In this document: piece by piece, positions 53,701-62,700 of the stretch
Position numbering within the stretch: the first letter of the stretch is position 1
Layout of the letters: each line of letters opens with the position of its first letter
From: Arenicellales bacterium
Lineage (GTDB): Bacteria; Pseudomonadota; Gammaproteobacteria; Arenicellales; Poriferihabitantaceae
Assembly (NCBI GenBank): GCA_965231905.1
Contig: CBDDOO010000001.1
Span: 869,130-933,129, forward strand
DNA: 64,000 bases
Direction of reading: 5' to 3'
The notes under the pieces: generated by a model
The model's database searches: none
Seen by the model: the letters and a program-made list of their open reading frames with translations, nothing else
Told to the model about the DNA's origin: nothing
Translations under genes and position numbers: made by a program

Positions 53701-56700
53701 ACGATTACGGTAACCGCGGAGGCCAATACGAGAACCGCCTTCAACAAGGAACACAGCATCACCGTCAGCGTAGGCGCGTCCGGGGACCAGGCCAAAGCGC
53801 CCGCCGATTATGCGGCAGTGACTGATTTCACCATCACCGTGCCCGCGAACCAGAAAAGCGCCACCGGCACGTTCGTCCTGGCCCCGGTCGATGACAGCAT
53901 CGACGAGGCCGACGAGATTCTGAGTGTAACCGGCTCATCCGGCAACATCTTCGTGCGTCCGGCAACCATCGCCATAACCGACGATGACCCGACGCCGGCC
54001 CTGACCCTTGCGCTTGTCCCCGCGACCATCAGCGAAAGCGGCGCCGCCAACGCGAGCGTCGTCAGCGCCAGTATGAATGGTCTGTCAGGAGAGGACATCG
54101 AGCTGGTGGTTTATACGGAGAAAATTTCCCGGCATGCCGTCCCTGGCGACCTCGCTGTAAGCGAGAATGCCGTTCTGACCATTTCTTCCGGAGCCACCAC
54201 CAGTACCGGCCCGGTTACCTTGACCGCAGTGGACAACAGGGTGGATTCAGATGATAAGGAGTTCCGGGTCTTCGCCCGCGTCAGGAAAGGTCACGGCGTG
54301 GTCTCTCCGTCTCCCCTGACGCTGACCGTCACGGACGATGATACGCGCGGCGTGACGATCGCGCCATCCGCGCTGGCCCTGGACGAAAAAGACGACGACA
54401 GTACCATGGCGACCAAAGAGCACGAGGGCGAGTACAGCGTTGTGCTGGACAGTAAGCCGAGCGGCGATGTCGTCATCAATCTGGCCAGTGACTCGACCGA
54501 CCTGACGATTGCCCCGGTGAAGCTCACCTTTACTCCGGCGAACTGGAACACGGCGCAGAAAGTCACCGTCACTGCGATAGATGACGCCGATATTAACCCG
54601 GAGTCAACCCGCGCCGCCGCCATCCGCCATACAGTGGCCGCGTCCGGCACGGACTATGCCTCTGTCAAGGCGGCCCCGCTCAGCGTCACGATCCAGGATG
54701 ACGAGGGGCGGCAAGTGGAGATTGCGCTGGATGACGCCGATGGCCGGGTTGTTGAAGGCGGCAGCGCCAATGTCTCCGTGTCTCTGAGCGGCGGTACGCT
54801 CAGTAATAATCTGGTCGTACCGATCACGGTCAGTGGCGCCCAGGCGGCTGATTACAGTTTTCCCGCAGGCATCACCATTGCCGCTGGCGCAACCAGCGCC
54901 AGCGCCGCCATCAGTCTGGTGGACGACGCGGTTGACGAGCCAACGGAAACTCTGACCCTGGCCATCGGGACATTGCCGGAGCCGGTGCGCGCGGGTTCGG
55001 TGAAGTCGGTGGAGCTGGCCATTATTGATGGAGACGCCACCAGCGTGGTGATGGCGCGGGCGCCGCCCGACTCCACCAGCGCCATCGCCGAGAATGGCGG
55101 CGTCGCGGAAATGACCGTGACTGCCGGGCGCGCTCTGGTGGGTGGCGAAACGCTCACCGCGCCGTTGACTGTCAGCGGTTCCGGCGTCATTGCCGCCGAC
55201 TATCGCGTACGACTGAAATCCGGCGCCAGTCTGAACAGCGGTGTCACGCTGAATACCGCTGACCCCTACAGCCCGGGCGCCCCGGCCCTGGTATTTACCG
55301 GCAACGATTCGACCACCTCGCCGGTGCGTATCGCCACACTCGAACTGGTCGGCGCCGACGACAGCATCGACGAAGGCGATTCGGAAACCATCAGCCTGTC
55401 CTTTGGCAGTGTTGTCAGCAATCTGGACCGCGTTTCCGGTACAGGTACAGGCGGAACTTCGGCCAGCGGCGCGGTGGCGGTGGAGGTTACGGATGATGAC
55501 GCGACGCCGGTGGCGACGCTGGTACTGACGCCTTCGAGCATCGCCGAGAGCGGGAAGGGGAATGTCAGTACCGTGACCGCGACGTTGAGCGGGGAGTCGA
55601 GCGAAGCGGTGGTCTTGACGGTATCGGCGGCGGCGGTGGCTCCGGCGGTGGCGGGGGACTTTGCGTTGATGAGTAGTACCAAAGAGTTGACGATTGCGGC
55701 CGGCGCCTTGAGCAGTAGCGGGGTAGTGACGGTGACGGCGGTGGACAATGATGTAGACGCCGCGAACAAGAAGGTGACGGTATCGGCCGGCGCGAGCGGC
55801 GGGCATGGAGTGGCGCCGCCGGCGGGCGTGGCGCTGACGATCACCGATGATGATACGCGCGGGGTGGTGGTGCCCACAGGTGTGGAATCTGTGGTCAGTG
55901 TGCGCGAGAGCGATGACACCGGCACCCCTTCCCAGCGCGAAGACCAGGCGACCTATACGGTGAAGCTGGCGAGCGAGCCGACCGGCGGCGATGTGACGAT
56001 TGCGGTAGCGAGCGCGGACACGGACGCCGCCACGGTCTCCCCGGTGAACCTGGTATTCACCGCCAAAAACTGGAATGTGGCGCAGACCGTAACGGTCAGT
56101 GGGGTGAACGATGACGTGCACAACACCAACGACCTGCGTACCACGTACATTTCCCACATAGTGAGCGTGTCGGGCACGGATTACGATTCGGTGAGGTCGA
56201 GTCATCTTGTGAATGTGGTGGTGAATGATGATGATGGTCCGCCGACCGGGGTGAGGCTGTCGGTGAACCCGGCGAGCGTATCGGAAGACGCTGGCGCCAG
56301 GGTGGTGACGGTAACCGCGGCGCCGACCGGCGGTTCGGCCTTTGCGGAGTCGAAGACAGTGCGGGTGACGGTGGGCGCGGCGACGGACAGCGCCGATTCA
56401 CCGGCGGACTACGCGGCGGTGAGCGCCTTTGACGTAACGATTGCGGCTGGCGCTCCGAGCGGTACGCAGACCTTCACGCTGACGCCGGTGGATGACGACA
56501 TTGATGAAGAGGCTGGCGAAGCGATTTCGGTGAGCGGCGCGCTGTCCGGCTTTACCATTGACCCGGTGAGCGTGACGCTGACCGATGAAGATGAGCGCGG
56601 GGTTTCGGTGACGCCGGTTGTGCTGACGCTGGACGAAGAGGACACGGCTTCGACGCCGGGTACGACCGAGAATGTGGGGACTTACGAAGTGGTTCTGGAG

Positions 56701-59700
56701 AGCGAGCCGACCGGCGCGGTGACGGTGAGCTTGAGCAACAGCGACGCCACGGTCGTGGGCCTGAGCGACGCCAGTTTGAGTTTCGACGACAGCAACTGGA
56801 GTACGGCGCAGACGGTGACCGTGACGGCGGTGGCGGACGCTTTTGACAATGCGGGCGACAAGCGCACCGCGACCATCGGTCATACGGTGAGCGCGGTGGA
56901 CACGGACTATGCGGATGAGACCGCGGACCCGGTCGTCGTGACGGTGACCGATGACGATGACGCGCCGACGCAGGCGACGCTGACGGTATCGCCCGCCACC
57001 GTATCGGAAGACGCTGGCGCCACCGAAGTGACGGTGACCGCGACGTTATCGGGGACTTCGCGCTTCGCCGAAGCGAAGACGGTGGCGGTGGAGGTCGGGA
57101 CGGCGGGCGACAGCGCTGTCGAGGGTACGGACTACAAGACGGTGGGTGCGCTGAATATCACGATTGCCGGTGGCGCGGCCAGTGGCAGCGTGAAGTTCAG
57201 TCTGGAGCCGACCGATGACGACTGGCACGAAGGCAACGAGCGGCTGAGTGTTGCGGGCACATTGGCTGGAGTGAACTTCACGGATACCCATATTGACATT
57301 ACCGATGATGACGCGGCGCCGGACGGCGTGACGCTGACGGTGGACCCCGCGAGCGTATCGGAAGGGGCGACCAAAGCGACCGAAGTGACGGTCACGGCGA
57401 CCGTAAACGGCTCCACTACCTATAGTGAGGGCAAGACGGTGACGGTATCGGTCGGCGATTCAGCCGACAGCGCCACAGAGGGCACGGACTACGAAGCGGT
57501 GACGGACATCGACATCGTGATTCCGGCTGGCGCGGGCAGCGCGACCGGAACGTTCAGCCTGGAGCCGAAAGACGATAGCGCCGATGAGCCGACCGAGACC
57601 CTGTCGGTTACCGGCTCCGCGACCGGCGGCGCTACGGTGAGCGGGACGCAGGTCTCGCTGACCGATGATGATGTCACGCCGATTGTGTTGAGTCGCTCCG
57701 GCGGCGCGGCGTTTATTGAAGAAGACGGCGGCAGCGTTGAGGTCAGCGTATCTTTGGGACGGGCGCTGGCGACCGGCGAGCGTGTGACGGTTCCGTTGGT
57801 GATCAGTGACGCGGTAGTGACGACCGACTACACGCTGGGGCTGAAGGGCGCCACGACCGGGGTTACGCTGTTGACCACCAGCCCGCACAGCGCGCAGAAC
57901 CCGGCGCTTCGCTTTATCGGTCCGAGCGCGTCCTCGGCGACCCTGACGCTGACCGCGGTCAATAACGATGACACCATCGAGCGCACGGTGAGGATCGTTT
58001 ATGGCGCCAGCGCCCGGGCGCCGTCTTCATCCGGTCTGGACGGAAGCTTTACGACCTCCGGCGCTCCGGTTGTTGTGCCGATTGCCGATGATGACGCGCA
58101 GATCACGATTGCGGCGGCGGAGGCGGCGGAGGGTAGCGCGGTGGTGTTCACGGTGACCTTGCCGGCCGCCGCCCCGTCCGGCGGAGTGACCATTGACTAC
58201 GCCATCTCGGATGGTCGCGGCGTGTCCACGGACACGTACCAGGTGGCGACTTCCGCCGACTACACGGCGGCGGCGAATGACGCTTCGCTGTCCATTGCCG
58301 CCGGAGACCGCAGTGGAACGATTTCGGTGGCGACGACCCAGGACAATACCTATGAGGGAGACCACTACTTCACGGTGACCTTGAGCAATCCCAGCCGCAT
58401 GACGGTCAGCCGTACCGCAGGTTCCGCGGTGGGCACGATCACCGATGTGGCCGACACGCCGGTTTTCGCGTTCTCATCGGCGACCGGTTCGGTGGATGAG
58501 GGGGATGGAACCATTACTCTGACGGTTGACAAGAGCGGGACTTCCCTGGTGGCGTCGACGGTGGATTACGCGACTGCGGACGGGACCGCCGAAGCGGGTG
58601 AGGACTATACAACAAAGACCGGTACATTGAGTTTTGCGGCGGCGGATGCCCGTAAGACCTTCGAGGTCACGATTGACGATGACGTGATGGACGAGGTTGC
58701 GGAGACCTTCGCGGTCGCTCTGACGGCGGGCGCTCACGCTGCGCTTGGAACGGTGAAAACGCAGACGGTGACGATCACCGATGATGACGCGGCGCCGACC
58801 GGGGTCACGCTGTCGGTATCGCCTTCGAGCGTATCGGAAGGCGCCAAGGCGACTGATATTACGGTGACGGCGACGGTGACCGGCGGCACGACTTACGCCG
58901 ACGACAAGACGGTCACGGTGAAGGTCGGCGAAGCGGCTGACAGCGCGAAGTCCGGTACGGATTACGAAGCGGTGGCGGATCAGACGATCACCATTGCGGC
59001 TGGCGCCGCGAGCGCGACCGGGAAGTTCAAGCTGACGCCGAAAGACGATGCCCTGAACGAAACGGGCGAGACCTTGTCGATCACCGGCGCCGCGACCGGC
59101 GTGTCGATCACCGGCGCCCAGGTAACGATCACCGATGATGACGTGACGCCGACTGTGGAGCTTGTATTGACCCCGGCCAGCATTGCCGAGAGCGGCGCGG
59201 GCAACCGGAGCGTAGTGACGGCGACGTTGAGCGGTCGTTCGAGCAAGGCGGTGGTCTTGACGGTATCGGCGGCGGCGGTGTCTCCGGCGGTGGCGGGGGA
59301 CTTTACGTTGAGTAGTACCACAAAGTTGACGATTGCCGCCGGCGCCACCGCCAGTACCGGCCTGGTGACCGTGACGGCGGTGGACAATGAGGTAGACGCC
59401 GCCAACAAACAGGTGACGGTATCGGCCACCGCGAGCGGCGGGCATGGAGTAGCGACTCCGGCCAACGTGGCGCTGACTATCACCGATGACGATACGCGGG
59501 GAGTGGTTCTGTCCGAGACTTCGGTGACGGTTGCGGAGGGCGGCACGAAAACCTATACGGTGAAACTGGCGAGTCAGCCGACGGTGGATGTGGTGGTGAC
59601 GATCGCGGGCGCCGGGGATGTGACGGTGGATACGGATACGGGGGACCCTGGCGACCAGAATACGCTGACCTTCACCACCGGCAACTGGAGTACGGTGCAG

Positions 59701-62700
59701 ACGGTGACGGTGATTGCGGGTGAGGATACGGATGTGTCCAACGACACAGCGACGCTGAAGCACACGGCTGCGGGTGGAGATTACGCATCGGTGACGAAAG
59801 ACCTGACGGTGACGGTGACGGACGATGATGTTCCGGCGGTGACGATTACGGGCGGGACGGCGGTGACCGAGGGAGCGGATGCGGTGTTCACGGTGACGGC
59901 GACCCCGGTTCCGGCGGCTGATCTGGTGGTGAATCTGGAAGTGGCGGACGCGGCCAACAGTGACTTTGTGCTGGCGGCGAATGAAGGATCGGGCAAGACG
60001 GTGACGATACCGGAGAGCGGTACGGTGACGTACCGGGTCGCGACGGTCAACGATACCGGAGCGAACGCCGATGAGGCGGACGGGGTGGTGACGGTGGCGG
60101 TCGCGGTCAGCGACGACGATCCGGCGACCTACACGGTGGGCGCGACCGCGAGCGCGGGCGTGACGGTGAACGACAACGACGCGACGGTTGTGACGCTGAC
60201 CACGCCGGACGCGAGCGCTACGGAAGAAAGTTCGACCGCGACCGCGAGTCTGGCGCTGACGCTGGGACGGGCCTTGCGGTCTGGCGAATCCCTGTCGGTT
60301 CCGTTGCAGTTTAGTGGGGGTACGGTGGGCACGGACTTTGCACTGTCGTTGTCGGGGACTGCGACCGGAGTGGGACTGGTGGCGAATACGGGGGTTGTGA
60401 CCTTCACCGGCAGCGCCGGAGGTTCGGCGACGGTGGCGACAGTTGCGCTGGCGGCTCTGTCGGACGCGGACGCGGCGAATGACACGGTGACGGTATCGAT
60501 CCCGGATTCTGACACGCGCAGCGACCCGGCTGATCAGGCCGAGCCGGTATTGACGGCTACGGGATTGAGCGGCGGAGCGAGCGGAGATCGCACGGGCAAC
60601 GGCGAGATTACGGTAACGGATGACGACACGGCCGGATTGACGCTGACGCCGGATTCCCTGACGGTGACCGAAGGCGGAACGAATACTTATACGGTGAAAC
60701 TGGCGACACAGCCATCGGCTCCGGTGACGGTGACGGTGACGGGCGCGGGAGATGTGACGGTCAACAAGACCGACGGCGCGGCGGGTGTCAGCCAGATCCT
60801 GACCTTCACGACCACCAACTGGAGTACGGCGCAGACGGTGACGGTGATTGCGGGTGAGGATGATGACGCCGCCAACGACACGGCGACGCTGACGCACACG
60901 GCGACGGGCGGGGATTATGGTTCGGTGACGAAGAACCTGGTGGTGACGGTGACCGATAATGACGAGGCCGGATTGACGCTGACGCCGGACGCGCTGGCGG
61001 TAGGAGAAGGCGACAGCAAAACCTACACGGTGGCGCTGGCGAGTAAACCGACGGGGGATGTGACGGTGACGGTTGCTTCGAACAACACGGATGTGACGGT
61101 GGATACGGACCCGGATATCGGTGGCGCCCAGACGACGCTGACGTTCAGCCGGACTGCGGCGGCCACCTTGTGGAGCAAGGCGCGGACAGTGACGGTGACG
61201 GCGGGGCCGGATACGGATGTGGCCAATGATATAGCGACGTTGAAGCACACGGCTGCGGGTGGAGATTACGCATCGGTGACGGAAGACCTGACGGTAACGG
61301 TAACGGACGATGATGTTCCGGCGGTGACGATTGCGGGCGGGACGGCGGTGACCGAGGGTTCGGATGTGGTGTTCACGGTGACGGCGACCCCGGTTCCGGC
61401 GGCGGATCTGGTGGTGAATCTGGAAGTGACGGACGCGGCCAATTCGGACTTTGTAGCGGCGTCTGATCAGGGAACCGGCAAGACGGTGACGATACCGACC
61501 AGTGGTACGATGACGTACCGGGTCGCGACGGTCAATGACACCGGAGCGAGCGCTGATGAGGCTGATGGAGTCGTGACGGTGACGGTCGCGGTCAGCGACG
61601 ACGATCCGGCGACCTACACGGTGGGCGCGACCGCGAGCGCGGGCGTGACGGTGAACGACAACGACGCGACGGTTGTGACGCTGACCACGCCGGACGCGAG
61701 CGCTACGGAAGAAAGTTCGACCGCGACCGCGAGTCTGGCGCTGACCCTGGGGCGGGCCTTGCGGTCTGGCGAATCCCTGGCGGTTCCGTTGCAGTTTAGT
61801 GGGGGTACGGTGGCTACGGACTTTGCGTTATCGTTGTCGGGGACTGCGGCCGGAGTGAGTCTGGCGGCGGGTACGGGGGTTGTGACCTTCACCGGCAGCG
61901 CCGGAGGTTCGGCGACGGTGGCGACGGTTGCGCTGGCGGCGTTGTCGGATGATGACGCGGTGAATGATGTGGTGACGGTATCGATCCCGGATTCTGACAC
62001 GCGCAGCGACCCGGCTGATCAGGCCGAGCCGGTATTGACGGCTACGGGATTGAGCGGCGGAGCGAGCGGAGATCGCACGGGCAACGGACAGATTGCCGTG
62101 ACGGACAATGACACGGCGGCCTTCACACTGACGCCGACCGCTCTGACGGTAGCGGAAGGCGCGAGCAAAACCTACACGGTGGCTCTGGCGACGCGGCCAT
62201 CGGCTCCGGTGACGGTGACGGTGACGGGCGCGGGAGATGTGACGGTCAACAAGACCGACGGCGCGGCGGGCGTCAGCCAGGCCCTGACCTTCACCACCAC
62301 CAACTGGAGTACGGCGCAGACGGTGACGGTGATTGCGGGTGAGGATGATGACGCCGCCAACGACACGGCGACGCTGAAGCACACGGCGGCGGGTGGGGAT
62401 TACGCCACGGTGGAACAGGACCTTACGGTGACGGTGACCGATGACGACGAGGCCGGATTGACGCTGATGCCGAACGCGCTGACGGTAGGAGAAGGCGACA
62501 GCAAAACCTACACGGTGGCTCTGGCGACGGAGCCGACGGCTCCGGTGACGGTGGCGGTGGCGGGCGCCGGGGATGTGACGGTGGACACGGATTCGGGGGA
62601 CCCTGGCGACCAGAATACGCTGACCTTCAGCCCGACTGAGACGGCTACCCTGTGGAGCAAGACGCAGACGGTGACGGTGACGGCGGGTCAGGATACGGAT